Virus record (IMG/VR): IMGVR_UViG_3300025084_000068
Coordinates: 1-42,702 of that record
Reading direction: 5' to 3' (one strand)
Source: a virus
Taxonomy: Duplodnaviria > Caudoviricetes
DNA: 42,702 nucleotides
Below, one piece after another: positions 16,529 to 26,281 of this stretch. The notes under the pieces are model-generated. The model was not told the DNA's origin. It made no database searches and saw nothing but the letters and a program-made list of their open reading frames with translations. A program made the position numbers and the translations under genes. How positions within the stretch are numbered: the first letter of the stretch is position 1; the number at the start of each line of letters is the position of its first letter.

Positions 16529-17833
16529 TTAAGATTTAACAAGACATTTAATTGCATCGTAATCTTTTACAAGACCCCCTGTGTAAGTATAAGCCTGCAC
16601 TATGTATTTTCCTACCTTTGTGTTGTCAGGAACCATACCAATTTGTGGGTTGTTAAGTGAGATATAACCTTGTGAGAAGTCTCCGTAGTATACCGCTCTT
16701 GCACCAGAGGCAGATAAATCAATTGCTGACTCATCCTTGTTTATACCAAGGAAGTCGTCTATTACAACCTCAACACCTTCCCATAGGAATGAACGACCGT
16801 TTGGAGCTAATACAATTTGAAATACAGGGCGGTTAGCATCGTCAACCATAGTTTGTAAAGCAACAAGTGATGCTCTACTTACAAGAAGTTTTGCATTTAG
16901 TTGGTATTTACTTGCCAATGCTCCAGTTGTTAGCTTGAGTAAGTCTTTATATCCAAAAGTAGAACCTGTGTATTCAACAGAGCCAACTTTACCTCTTTCG
17001 AAACCACCAGTTGTTAGTTCGTAAGAGTTAAGACCTTTTACTTTTTTAGAGCCGTGAACTGCAAGATAACCTTTTTTACCTCCAAAGTCTCTTAAGATTG
17101 CGTTCTCAACTCTGTTTTGAAAGTTGTAAGGTGAGTCCATAGCCTCTCTTGAAATAGGAACTCTTGATACAATTTTTTGCATTTGAGCCTCTATTTGTGC
17201 AAAGTTCATTTCACTTTCATTAGAATCTTCCTCTCTTTCAATTGAAAGATAAGATTCAGGACGAGTGTAAGAGTAAGTAATAATAGCTTGCTGACCTCTT
17301 ACAGTTTCTTGATCCGATACAGACAAAAGACCAGTTTCATTAAAAGCTCTTGCCTCTTCTATATCTTCAATGATAGCTGGAGCTAGTAATAAACCACCTT
17401 GACCTGCAATATCAGTAGATACAAACTTTTTAGCCATTTCTTCTATTTCAGCTTGTGGAAGTTTGCCTTTATATTTTTTAGACAAGCTTGCCCTTACCGC
17501 CGAAGAAAGCTTTTCTTTGTATTCTGCTGTATAACCAGCATCCTTGTTGTTAGTAGCAAGTCCTTTTCTTACAAAGTTTTTGTAATCACTAATAGCCTCT
17601 ACTCCGTCATCGTCTTGCGATTTAGTTTCAAGTTCAAGTCTCTGCTCTAGTGTTGCATACTTCTTTTGTAATTCTACTAATTCATTTGTAGCTTTTTCAA
17701 ATTTAGCATTCAGCTCACCCGAGACTTCTTTGCTGTCTTTTAATTCTTTTGCTTGCTCCTCTTGAAAGGATTTAATTGCTCCTAATGTTTGGTTGAGCTC
17801 TTTTTGCACTTGCGATGCTTCTGCTTGTGACAT
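16529..17833 (-). CDS. Major capsid protein, HK97 fold
   Basis: N-terminal coiled coil (delta domain), GGLLL.P, DDANRPVF, YYGDFSQGY; follows prohead protease. Confidence 0.9.
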   Translation of the reverse strand: MSQAEASQVQKELNQTLGAIKSFQEEQAKELKDSKEVSGELNAKFEKATNELVELQKKYATLEQRLELETKSQDDDGVEAISDYKNFVRKGLATNNKDAGYTAEYKEKLSSAVRASLSKKYKGKLPQAEIEEMAKKFVSTDIAGQGGLLLAPAIIEDIEEARAFNETGLLSVSDQETVRGQQAIITYSYTRPESYLSIEREEDSNESEMNFAQIEAQMQKIVSRVPISREAMDSPYNFQNRVENAILRDFGGKKGYLAVHGSKKVKGLNSYELTTGGFERGKVGSVEYTGSTFGYKDLLKLTTGALASKYQLNAKLLVSRASLVALQTMVDDANRPVFQIVLAPNGRSFLWEGVEVVIDDFLGINKDESAIDLSASGARAVYYGDFSQGYISLNNPQIGMVPDNTKVGKYIVQAYTYTGGLVKDYDAIKCLVKS

Positions 17834-17853
17834 ATTTATTTATGATGTGTTGA

Positions 17854-18876
17854 TTATTTAATTTTAAAAATATCCGCCAGTTGCTCTTGAGCAAACTTAC
17901 AGATTGAATTGTAATCAACATCGCATTGATTACTTTTAACCTCCACAGACTCTTTAAGTTCATCTGTAGGTTGGTTATCTTGATCGCCTCCCTTTGTTTC
18001 AAGTTTGGCAAGTTTTGTATTAAATGTATTTTCCATTGACTCCTTAAACTCTTCAAGTTTTTCCTCTACAAAGCTTTTTAAATCAATATCACCAAAAAAT
18101 TTAATTTTTGATATAAGAGTTTTAGCCTCTGTTTGTGAAATATCCAGTTTTTCTTTTAAAAACTTTTCAATTGTTTTTAAATCTTCAAATGACTTTATAA
18201 CTGTGTTTAATTCCATATTATTTTTTTCTATATTATTGTTAATATTTACTTCCATTTTATCTTGTTTATTTTGATTGTCAAATTTTGTTGCTAATTCTTT
18301 TGGAACTTCATTAAAATTCTCTTTCACTTCAAAGCTTTTAATGTTAATTGTTGCATTATCGTTCGCGGGTATCAAAACAACTGAACCTTCAATTGGTGTT
18401 GCCTTAATAATATAAGTCGTGTCTTGTGATTCATCATAGCTAACCTCCTCCACTATCATACCAATAGACATCTTATTTAAAACCCCATCTTTTATTAATT
18501 TCCAAAGGTATTTTCTTTTATCGTTGTCAAGGTAGATTTTCATTTGACTCTTTAGACCGTATTCGTCAACTTCAAGATTAGTATGAACCCCAACTATGTT
18601 ATCTATTGACTCAATATCATATGGTAAGTTATGCTGAAATAAAGCAAACAGTTGAGTAATACCCTTGATTGATTTATTAAAAGCTGTTGGTAATATTATT
18701 TCCTTGTGCTTGTCTCTGTTATCAAAAGCGGCGATGTAGGTTTCAACATAACCGACAGACTCCGATCGTTCTTCTTCTTTTTGAGTCTCAAGATTTACAT
18801 AAGAGACCTTTTCAACTTCCTCTCTAACACCTTTTAGATTTATGGTATATTCTTTTTGAACTTTTTCTTGTGTCAT
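17854..18876 (-). CDS. HK97-type prohead protease
   Basis: YIAAFDNRD, ALFQH, MSIG, EGSVVLIPAN. Probable start ATG 18876; track gives 18909. Confidence 0.9.
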   Translation of the reverse strand: MTQEKVQKEYTINLKGVREEVEKVSYVNLETQKEEERSESVGYVETYIAAFDNRDKHKEIILPTAFNKSIKGITQLFALFQHNLPYDIESIDNIVGVHTNLEVDEYGLKSQMKIYLDNDKRKYLWKLIKDGVLNKMSIGMIVEEVSYDESQDTTYIIKATPIEGSVVLIPANDNATINIKSFEVKENFNEVPKELATKFDNQNKQDKMEVNINNNIEKNNMELNTVIKSFEDLKTIEKFLKEKLDISQTEAKTLISKIKFFGDIDLKSFVEEKLEEFKESMENTFNTKLAKLETKGGDQDNQPTDELKESVEVKSNQCDVDYNSICKFAQEQLADIFKIK

Positions 18877-18946
18877 TATATTATATATAGTTGTATTTAA
18901 TACAACCACATAATAATATATATTATTTGAATGTCAAATTTTAGAG

Positions 18947-19402
18947 TTATTCACTATTAAACAGTGGGTTGACCTTTAGTTTCCACCTTGTTAAGAACTT
19001 ACAAGGTAAGAGTTTAACAAATATATATTTAAAAGGATTTTTGCTTTTGTAATGTTGTTGCTTTGCTTTGCGATAAGCATTCTCTAGCCACTCAAAATCC
19101 TGAACGCAATGTATATCAAATGCTTGACTCTCTGCCAATGCAATAATTATCTTTGATACAATATAATAGGACAAAGCTTTATCTATTTTGCAAGATAAGT
19201 AATGCAAGCACAATTCCAATATAACATCTTCAAACTCACGATATTTATATACAATGTCTTTTTGACTTACATCCTTTTGTTTGCAAAGCCCTGTAAACTC
19301 TTCAGAGAGTAAAGTTTGTTTGCGAATCAGATTTACAAAGTATTGATATGGTAGACTACTCATTTTAAAACAAATACTGTTCTTTGATTGCAACGGTTTC
19401 AC
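18947..19402 (-). CDS. Hypothetical protein
   Basis: 151-aa ORF between dnaN and the protease. Confidence 0.6.
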   Translation of the reverse strand: MKPLQSKNSICFKMSSLPYQYFVNLIRKQTLLSEEFTGLCKQKDVSQKDIVYKYREFEDVILELCLHYLSCKIDKALSYYIVSKIIIALAESQAFDIHCVQDFEWLENAYRKAKQQHYKSKNPFKYIFVKLLPCKFLTRWKLKVNPLFNSE

Positions 19403-19406
19403 GTGT

Positions 19407-20597
19407 TTAACTCCATCTTAACGGCATAACCATACACTGCATCAACATACCCTCCTTTGTTCTGCTTTTAATAAAAAAAGCTCCATCCTTAAGTATATCC
19501 ACTCTGCAATCAGTTCCATTTTGAACACTTAAGGTATCAAGGATATACTTTGCATTGTAGCTCCTGCTGAAATCTTCACAATTAGTTAGGTCAACATCTA
19601 AGGTATCTTCAAAGCCTTGTTTGTTTATCGCTTGATTGGCAAGTAATAAACCCTCATCTGTTTTTTTGAGTAATACCGCATGAACCCCTTCTACTTCATC
19701 AAATATTACACTTCTTTCAACAACATCTTTTACAACCATTGGATTTACATTAAAGTGATTATTAAACTCTGTTGGAGTTAAAGATTTATAATCTGGGTAA
19801 GTTCCATTTAGAAGATTAAGGATAAATGAATATTCACCCGCAACAAACTTAATCCGTTTATCTGTAACTTGTATAGCAACCACCCCTTCATATTGTAAAT
19901 TACTCAATGCAGTCTCTACTTTTTTCATAGACTCGGTTGGAACGATTGCTTTTGAGTTTTCAGGATCGCTTGTCCGAACCCTTGCAATTAGCTCACAAAT
20001 ATTAATACTTTTACCGTTAGTCGCAACCACATCAATAGCCTCATTCACATAGTTAAAGTAAAAACTATTAAAAGTAGCAAAGTTTACACTAGTAGGGGCA
20101 AACCTTCCTACTTTCTTAAGGCATTCAAGCAACTTATTTGAAACGATGTCAATCTGACATACTATCTTTTCCTCGTTAAAGCTAATTGGTTGATATAAAT
20201 CACTATTAAATAATGGTAATTTAAAACTTGCCTTTCCGCATTTAATTTTTAACTCACCCGTTATAGAGTTATCATCTTCTAAGTCTAGATTTTCATCAAC
20301 CTCCGTCCACATCTCTACTTCTTTGCCTTGTGGAAGTTTGGTTGCTATCTTGAATAATTTATCAATAGGTATTACTGCCTCGCCCTCACCCTCTATTAAG
20401 CAATATTCAACTTCGGCAATAAAGTTATCTATATAAGAACCCTTTTGACTAAAAGAGGTCAAAATAACACTATGCCCTTTTGTTGTAAACTTTGTAAGCG
20501 GTGAACTTCCAAGGTGTAATTTACTTGCAAAGCTATTATGCGGAGCTAGTGCATCTTTTAATTCCCTTGAGTCACTAAATCTTATATGAAATGTCAT
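19407..20597 (-). CDS. dnaN: DNA polymerase III beta sliding clamp
   Basis: VATNG, GTYPDYKSL, YNAKYILD, C-terminal VMPLR; 396 aa. Confidence 0.9.
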   Translation of the reverse strand: MTFHIRFSDSRELKDALAPHNSFASKLHLGSSPLTKFTTKGHSVILTSFSQKGSYIDNFIAEVEYCLIEGEGEAVIPIDKLFKIATKLPQGKEVEMWTEVDENLDLEDDNSITGELKIKCGKASFKLPLFNSDLYQPISFNEEKIVCQIDIVSNKLLECLKKVGRFAPTSVNFATFNSFYFNYVNEAIDVVATNGKSINICELIARVRTSDPENSKAIVPTESMKKVETALSNLQYEGVVAIQVTDKRIKFVAGEYSFILNLLNGTYPDYKSLTPTEFNNHFNVNPMVVKDVVERSVIFDEVEGVHAVLLKKTDEGLLLANQAINKQGFEDTLDVDLTNCEDFSRSYNAKYILDTLSVQNGTDCRVDILKDGAFFIKSRTKEGMLMQCMVMPLRWS

Positions 20598-20717
20598 TGT
20601 TGTTTTTATATTTTGTTATAATTTGTTATGTAGAATTGAGGTCGTCCTCGTATTAATTATGTTGTTTACCTTAAAAATGTCAAGGGTTTTTGAGTCTAAA
20701 AAAAGAACCGAAACCCC

Positions 20718-20795
20718 TTGACTTATTTTAGAGCTATAATATACTTATATTGAAGGCAATAGCTTTCATATTTTTATTAACAAATCAAAACTAAA
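20718..20795 (+). promoter_or_regulatory. Cassette copy 7
   Basis: TTGACT-N16-TATACT-TATATT-GAAGGCAATAGCTTTC..TTTTATTAACAAATCAAAACTAAA; back-to-back with a leftward TTGACA-N16-CATAAT for dnaN. Confidence 0.88.
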
Positions 20796-21200
20796 ATGTC
20801 AAACACACCAGACCGCCACAGTGGAGCAAAGGAATTAAAGCAAATCAAAGAAGGCTACATGTTTAGCGTAAGACGTGTAGAAAGCTTAATAAACACTCCT
20901 TACTACGAATGCAGTGATCTATACCTACATCGTTCATTGTTTACACAAAAGAACCTTGAAAATGTTATCAAGTTTTACAAAGACGGAATTAAAAACAATC
21001 AAGAAGTTCCAAAATATTTCACGGCTTGGTACGATAAATACACACGCTATAAAAATATTTACTGTCAAAGAGACTTGACCTTTAAGGATGGTAACCAAAT
21101 CATAGTAATAACAAAATTTACAGAGCCAAAGCCAGATGCATGGACTATGAGTTCAAGTTGTAATCATATTATGATATTCAATATTAACAAATCAAAATAA
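20796..21200 (+). CDS. Hypothetical protein
   Basis: 134-aa ORF after cassette. Confidence 0.75.
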   Translation: MSNTPDRHSGAKELKQIKEGYMFSVRRVESLINTPYYECSDLYLHRSLFTQKNLENVIKFYKDGIKNNQEVPKYFTAWYDKYTRYKNIYCQRDLTFKDGNQIIVITKFTEPKPDAWTMSSSCNHIMIFNINKSK

Positions 21201-21202
21201 AA

Positions 21203-21691
21203 ATGATAGACATCACAAACAAACCAACTAATATAATATCCACAACTCAAGAGGAAATTATTATTAGCTACGACAGAGACAAAGAGACCGAAATCTTTGA
21301 TAACTCCTCCCCAAGGAATATAGCCTCGCTATTCCTTGACGGTCAAGAGTATTTTGTCAAATATACAAAAGCATATCACAGCCCTGACAAGGTTAAAGCT
21401 CATTTTGAAATATTAAAAGAGAATGTAATATATATACACTTAAAGTCTGTTTACTTAAATGGCAAGCTATATGATGCACTAAGTGTAAAAGACAAGCACA
21501 AAAGCATTGTGATAGCAATTAAGCCAACTGGCAAAACAGATATATTGAAAGACTTACAAAATCACAATGAAGCTTTTAAGCAAGCAACACATTACGAACA
21601 TTTTCTGAGTCAAGAGATTACCCAAATTAAGTCTTGCGTACAAGGTGGATATAATAATAACCATAAGATATTAATATGTATTACAATATGA
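21203..21691 (+). CDS. Hypothetical protein
   Basis: 162 aa, preceded by the leader motif. Confidence 0.7.
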   Translation: MIDITNKPTNIISTTQEEIIISYDRDKETEIFDNSSPRNIASLFLDGQEYFVKYTKAYHSPDKVKAHFEILKENVIYIHLKSVYLNGKLYDALSVKDKHKSIVIAIKPTGKTDILKDLQNHNEAFKQATHYEHFLSQEITQIKSCVQGGYNNNHKILICITI

Positions 21692-22176
21692 TTAACAAAT
21701 CAAGTCTACTGCAAAGACTTGAAGGACGATTGGAAAAATATTTACCATATCTATTTGCTACAGCAGTGATGTTTATCGTAAATCAATACAATACGGATTT
21801 AGCAAAAGTTATACTGCAACAAAGCTTTATTCATATACCTTATTACATTTTAATTATAATAATGATGTACAAGGTGGGGGTTATTAGCATTGGCAATAAC
21901 AATGAAGTACTGAATAGACTCATGAAACAAAAAACATTAAAAAACAGATTAGTCCGTTATGAAGGGCAACTTACCAATAATATTATAGTTGTTATTCTGT
22001 TGTGCTGGATGCTTGTTTTTCTTACACCTCATGTACAAAAAAATAGTGATTGTTATAATTTACTTATTATACTTAATATGTTTTACTATTACTTCTTTTT
22101 CGTTATAATTGGTCGTTTTGCCCGCTTTGCATACTGTATCAATCTTTTATACAAAATAAGATTTCAACAGACTTAA
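21676..22176 (+). CDS. Hypothetical multi-pass membrane protein
   Basis: About four hydrophobic segments; start may be ATG 21688. Confidence 0.7.
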   Translation: MYYNMINKSSLLQRLEGRLEKYLPYLFATAVMFIVNQYNTDLAKVILQQSFIHIPYYILIIIMMYKVGVISIGNNNEVLNRLMKQKTLKNRLVRYEGQLTNNIIVVILLCWMLVFLTPHVQKNSDCYNLLIILNMFYYYFFFVIIGRFARFAYCINLLYKIRFQQT

Positions 22177-22208
22177 AAGAAAATTTAAATTAATAATACT
22201 TAAGAAAA

Positions 22209-22790
22209 ATGGAAACTAACAAAAAACAGCAAAACTTTATAACAAAAGCCAAAAAGGTTCACGGAGATAAATATGATTATTCACAAGCTGAGTATACAAA
22301 ACCACATGTAAAAGTAAAAATAATATGTAAGGAACATGGAGTTTTTTTGCAGACGCCAAGTGCTCACCTACGGGGTCAGCAGTGTCGTTTTTGTAGCTAC
22401 GGCAGTATGACAACTAAACAATTCATAGAAAAAGCCAAAAAGGTTCACGGAGATAAATATGATTACTCACAAACCAAGTATGCTAATCTCAATAAGAAAG
22501 TAAGTATAACATGCAAGGAACACGGTAGCTTCAATATGATCTCTTCAAATCATTTAAAAGGTGGTGGCTGTCCTTTTTGCGGAAGACGTAAAAAACTAAC
22601 AACTGAATCATTTACGGAGAAAGCTCAAAAAGTCCACGGAGATAAATATGATTACTCACAAGTTGAATATACTAACAATGTAAGTAAGGTAAAAATAATA
22701 TGTAAAGAACATGGGGCTTTTGAGCAAATTGCTAGCAACCACTTAACAGGTCATGGCTGTCCAGCGTGTGGAAGACGCAGAAAACAATAA
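22209..22790 (+). CDS. DUF723-like zinc-binding triple-repeat protein, no nuclease domain visible
   Basis: Three copies of F..KA.KVHGDKYDYS...Y.....KV.I.CKEHG.F......HL.G..C..C. Confidence 0.85.
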   Translation: METNKKQQNFITKAKKVHGDKYDYSQAEYTKPHVKVKIICKEHGVFLQTPSAHLRGQQCRFCSYGSMTTKQFIEKAKKVHGDKYDYSQTKYANLNKKVSITCKEHGSFNMISSNHLKGGGCPFCGRRKKLTTESFTEKAQKVHGDKYDYSQVEYTNNVSKVKIICKEHGAFEQIASNHLTGHGCPACGRRRKQ

Positions 22791-22904
22791 TTGGAGACAT
22801 TGAAAGTAATAGTTAAAAAAACAAACAACCCTTGACCTGAAATAATAAATACATTATAATATTAATATAAGAACAAAACTTATAATAATTTATTAATAAC
22901 TTCT

Positions 22905-23621
22905 ATGTCAAGACTATCATTTAACACAGACTTAACTAACTCAATTAATCTATATACAACAACAGAGGGCGAATTCTACAGACTCTATAACAAGAAGACA
23001 CTAATTAAAGAATGTGAGTCTCTTAATCAGTTACACAGCCCTTCTAACAATTTAACCGATGCAGAATATCAAGAGTTGTTTAACAAAGCATATAATGAAT
23101 TTATAGAGTTTTTCACTTGCAAAAAAGAAGAGCTTAATAATATAATAGATATAGACAATCAAGATTATTATTTTTATTATAATTTTGAAACAGGATCTTA
23201 TACAGGATCACAACAAACCCAACTTAACGATCAAAACAAAGTGTTATTAAACAATACTTACCATATTGACATAGATACTACCCACAAAGATATTCAAGTA
23301 TTTAAAGCGGGTGATAACTTTTACATATCAGACAGAACACAAGACAAACCAATATCATACATAGTAAACAAAGACGGTTGCGAACAAACTAGAAATTGTA
23401 GTCAAGAGCTAATCAATGAGGTTGTAAATGAGTTTTACAAATTACCTGCATATAAGAACTTTGAGACAATAACTTTAATGGACGGAGACAGGGAGTTGCA
23501 AAAACAAGATTTAACCATTGAACTTGACAAGGATATTGTAAATCAAGTTAAAGAGTCAATGCAACCACAGAACTTAACTATAGGATTACAACAACCTACT
23601 AAACAAGCAATATCAAGATAA
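22905..23621 (+). CDS. Hypothetical protein with effector-like C-terminus
   Basis: Own promoter TTGACC 22832-N17-TATAAT; ends QPQNLTIGLQQPTKQAISR. Confidence 0.75.
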   Translation: MSRLSFNTDLTNSINLYTTTEGEFYRLYNKKTLIKECESLNQLHSPSNNLTDAEYQELFNKAYNEFIEFFTCKKEELNNIIDIDNQDYYFYYNFETGSYTGSQQTQLNDQNKVLLNNTYHIDIDTTHKDIQVFKAGDNFYISDRTQDKPISYIVNKDGCEQTRNCSQELINEVVNEFYKLPAYKNFETITLMDGDRELQKQDLTIELDKDIVNQVKESMQPQNLTIGLQQPTKQAISR

Positions 23622-23625
23622 ACCC

Positions 23626-23714
23626 TTGACTTGTTCCGCAACCACTATATACTTACATTAAAAGCAATAGCTTTCTTACCTTTATTAACAAATCAAAATA
23701 ATCAAAGCGGTGAA
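23626..23714 (+). promoter_or_regulatory. Cassette copy 8 (orphan; only a 19-codon ORF follows)
   Basis: TTGACT-N16-TATACT-TACATT-AAAAGCAATAGCTTT..TTTATTAACAAATCAAAA. Confidence 0.8.
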
Positions 23715-23911
23715 ATGACAGACATAACAAATGGTCAATTTAAAATTAATATGTCCTTGAGGCGGGGTCTCTAGTTTTGTTCTTGAGTTGGTATTAATAT
23801 CGTCCTGATTCACAATTGATACTGCACTAAAATTGAAAAAATTACTTAACTTGTGGTAATTGTTTTGCTTTAAACATATGAAAACTTGTTTTCAAGTTTG
23901 TTTACAAAACA

Positions 23912-23939
23912 ATTATAAAGCAAAAAAAAAAAAAATCAA
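23912..23939 (-). promoter_or_regulatory. Leftward promoter with a T14 homopolymer across the -35 and spacer
   Basis: TTGATT-N16-TATAAT; A14 at 23922-23935; hairpin AAACTTG-AAAA-CAAGTTT near +1. Confidence 0.6.
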
Positions 23940-23975
23940 GTCTTGTGAGTCTTTGCGTGTCGTTTTGGTTGTTTT

Positions 23976-24617
23976 TTAATACCTCTCATCTATTAATGAC
24001 TGTTTATCCTCTAAAATGCCTACTTTAGATTGAACAATCTCATTGTAATCAATGTCTTCTAAACTGGTTTCATAATCTTTGTATATGAACTTATGCATCT
24101 TATTACTAACAAGCCCCCTATGTATAACAGTATAAAACACATCAATTAATATCTCGGGTGATAATTTACATATAGTAATAATCTTAAAAGCCTCCCCTAT
24201 TGATATATTCTTTGTGCCTTGTATAATCTGATCTGCATTATGTAGACCTTGTGCTGAATACTCACATATAAAATGACCTTCCTTTGTCTTTTCTATATTA
24301 GTTCCGTATAATATCATTGCTAAGAACTGTGAACTAGTTAATACAGATTTCATTTGTCTACCTCTTGACACCCCTTGAGGTAATAAGTTCTTTTTCTTGA
24401 ATTGTTTATATTTGTCTTTATAATGAGGTATAACTATTTGAGAGAACATTCTATTGACATCTCTATTGGTGATTTCAGCATATGCTAATAATCCACTATC
24501 ATATATATCGTTTAATAGACTTGTTGCATTCTTACCAGTTACACTAACTCTGTTATTAGATTCCTTATACTTCTTAAAGTAATTTTGAATTCTAATCTTG
24601 ATTTTTTCGCTTATCAT
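23976..24617 (-). CDS. Hypothetical protein
   Basis: 213-aa ORF, no recognised motif. Confidence 0.75.
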   Translation of the reverse strand: MISEKIKIRIQNYFKKYKESNNRVSVTGKNATSLLNDIYDSGLLAYAEITNRDVNRMFSQIVIPHYKDKYKQFKKKNLLPQGVSRGRQMKSVLTSSQFLAMILYGTNIEKTKEGHFICEYSAQGLHNADQIIQGTKNISIGEAFKIITICKLSPEILIDVFYTVIHRGLVSNKMHKFIYKDYETSLEDIDYNEIVQSKVGILEDKQSLIDERY

Positions 24618-24657
24618 TTCAATATAGATACTTATTGTCTTTTTTGTCGTTTTTTAC

Positions 24658-24685
24658 TTGACTTATTCTTATACCGTAATATAAT
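24658..24685 (+). promoter_or_regulatory. Consensus promoter with no long ORF downstream
   Basis: TTGACT-N16-TATAAT. Confidence 0.65.
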
Positions 24686-24920
24686 ATAAATGTTAAAGGA
24701 GGTTAACAAGGCGAGTTTGTTATCTATTATGGAAACTTAATTTTTTTAACAGAAGAAGATTAATAAACACTATCTATAGTAGGTAATAACGGTCAATAAT
24801 TGTTAAAGGATTTTGATTTAGAACAATAGAAATATTGGATTGCTGAACTTAGAAATAGGTGCAGTGTAATTATCAAGTTTTACCGAGAATTTTACTTGAT
24901 AAGTTTTGTTTTAGTACGTT

Positions 24921-24959
24921 CCATGCCCCGCTACGTCAATTAAGAAAAGCGGGGTGTGG
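24921..24959 (+). terminator. GC-rich hairpin at the convergence with ORF 24960-25469
   Basis: CCATGCCCCGCT pairs with AGCGGGGTGTGG (12 bp, two G-U pairs on the plus strand); no clear U tract. Confidence 0.5.
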
Positions 24960-25469
24960 TTACTCGGTTATGAAATCTATAAACATTCTTAAAAACTTTT
25001 CAGCATTCTCCTCTTTGTAAAATCTAACATTTAAGTTAGGAAGTTTAAGTATATAATTATACTGTAAACAAGCACTATCAAGCTCAAAGTCACTTTGATA
25101 ATCGTTCCCGTTCCCGTAAGGACGAACTACACCAATGAAATCAAGGTAATACCGTACTGGTTTAACCTTCTCAATGTTTAAGTCTGATATATTAGTCTGC
25201 TTAAGGTCATTATAACTCAAAACCATCTTACCCTCTCTTATAGATATAATAACACACTTTTTATTTTTCCGTAGCTCTTTTAAATATTTTTTATAATCTT
25301 TTAAGTTATTTATATCACCCTGTTTTGCATTTGCTCTCAGCTTCTCTATATGAAGTGCAATCACTTTACCCTCCCTCCTTTGACTTTCAATCAGTTGTTG
25401 CGCGGATTTGCTTATAGGATCGGCTTTTTTCTTTTTAATAGCTCTTAATCTTTTGTAGTTTTTAATCAT
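24960..25469 (-). CDS. Hypothetical basic protein
   Basis: 169-aa ORF. Confidence 0.7.
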   Translation of the reverse strand: MIKNYKRLRAIKKKKADPISKSAQQLIESQRREGKVIALHIEKLRANAKQGDINNLKDYKKYLKELRKNKKCVIISIREGKMVLSYNDLKQTNISDLNIEKVKPVRYYLDFIGVVRPYGNGNDYQSDFELDSACLQYNYILKLPNLNVRFYKEENAEKFLRMFIDFITE

Positions 25470-25488
25470 TTTAAAATATTGTATAATA

Positions 25489-26181
25489 TTAGAATTTAAC
25501 CGACTTTACATCGTTTTCCTTTTTGCTATATTCTACTTCCCTCTGTGAAGGTTTAACAATATCACCCTTACGCTCTATGAAAGACCCTCTCTCACATTGA
25601 TTAATATTAAGCACATTAACAGCACACTCCTCTAGGTTATCTTTTTTATATAAGTCTAAATCGTATATTACCCCATAATGTATTTTTTCACCTTGAATGT
25701 TATGCTTTTTTAAGATATCACAGAAAACATTAAAATCAACTCCCTTGAATTCAGGAAGATGCTGCGAAACATTTTTGTAGTGTTCACTGAAAAACCTTTC
25801 TTTTGTTTTATATTCTGTATAATCCTGCTTGGTATAATTTGGAACTATATTGCTAGTAACCATTTTATCCTTCTTAATACCTTCTACTGTTTGCTTAATA
25901 ATATTGCTCGTTATAGAAACATCACCTAAACTACCCCCTTCAACTTTTGAGTCAAATGCACCATTGGTAGCAAAGGTTGTTTGAAATGCAGTTTTGTTCA
26001 GCTCCTGTTCTAGAGATTGCACGCTTTTAGAGTGATTGCGTAAGTTTAATTCAGTAGAACGATCACCATCATCTATGAAGCTAATTGCTTTTTCAATAGA
26101 CTCAACAATTGGTTTAATTTTGTTCTTTGACTTAAAACAAGGAAAGCAAGACGATTTATTTGTTTTTTTGGTTTTGTTCAT
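25489..26181 (-). CDS. Hypothetical protein with polybasic di-cysteine N-terminus
   Basis: MNKTKKTNKSSCFPCFKSKNKIKP; follows cassette. Confidence 0.75.
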   Translation of the reverse strand: MNKTKKTNKSSCFPCFKSKNKIKPIVESIEKAISFIDDGDRSTELNLRNHSKSVQSLEQELNKTAFQTTFATNGAFDSKVEGGSLGDVSITSNIIKQTVEGIKKDKMVTSNIVPNYTKQDYTEYKTKERFFSEHYKNVSQHLPEFKGVDFNVFCDILKKHNIQGEKIHYGVIYDLDLYKKDNLEECAVNVLNINQCERGSFIERKGDIVKPSQREVEYSKKENDVKSVKF

Positions 26182-26258
26182 TTTAAATATGATTTGTTAG
26201 TAAAACTATTTGAGCAACTTGCTCATTATTATTATGTATCATTCTTGGCACTTGTCAA
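26182..26258 (-). promoter_or_regulatory. Cassette copy 9 (GAGC hairpin type)
   Basis: TTGACA-N16-CATAAT, hairpin TGAGC-AAGTT-GCTCA, TTTTACTAACAAATCA. Confidence 0.8.
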
Positions 26259-26281
26259 CCATTTTAATACACTTTGATATA

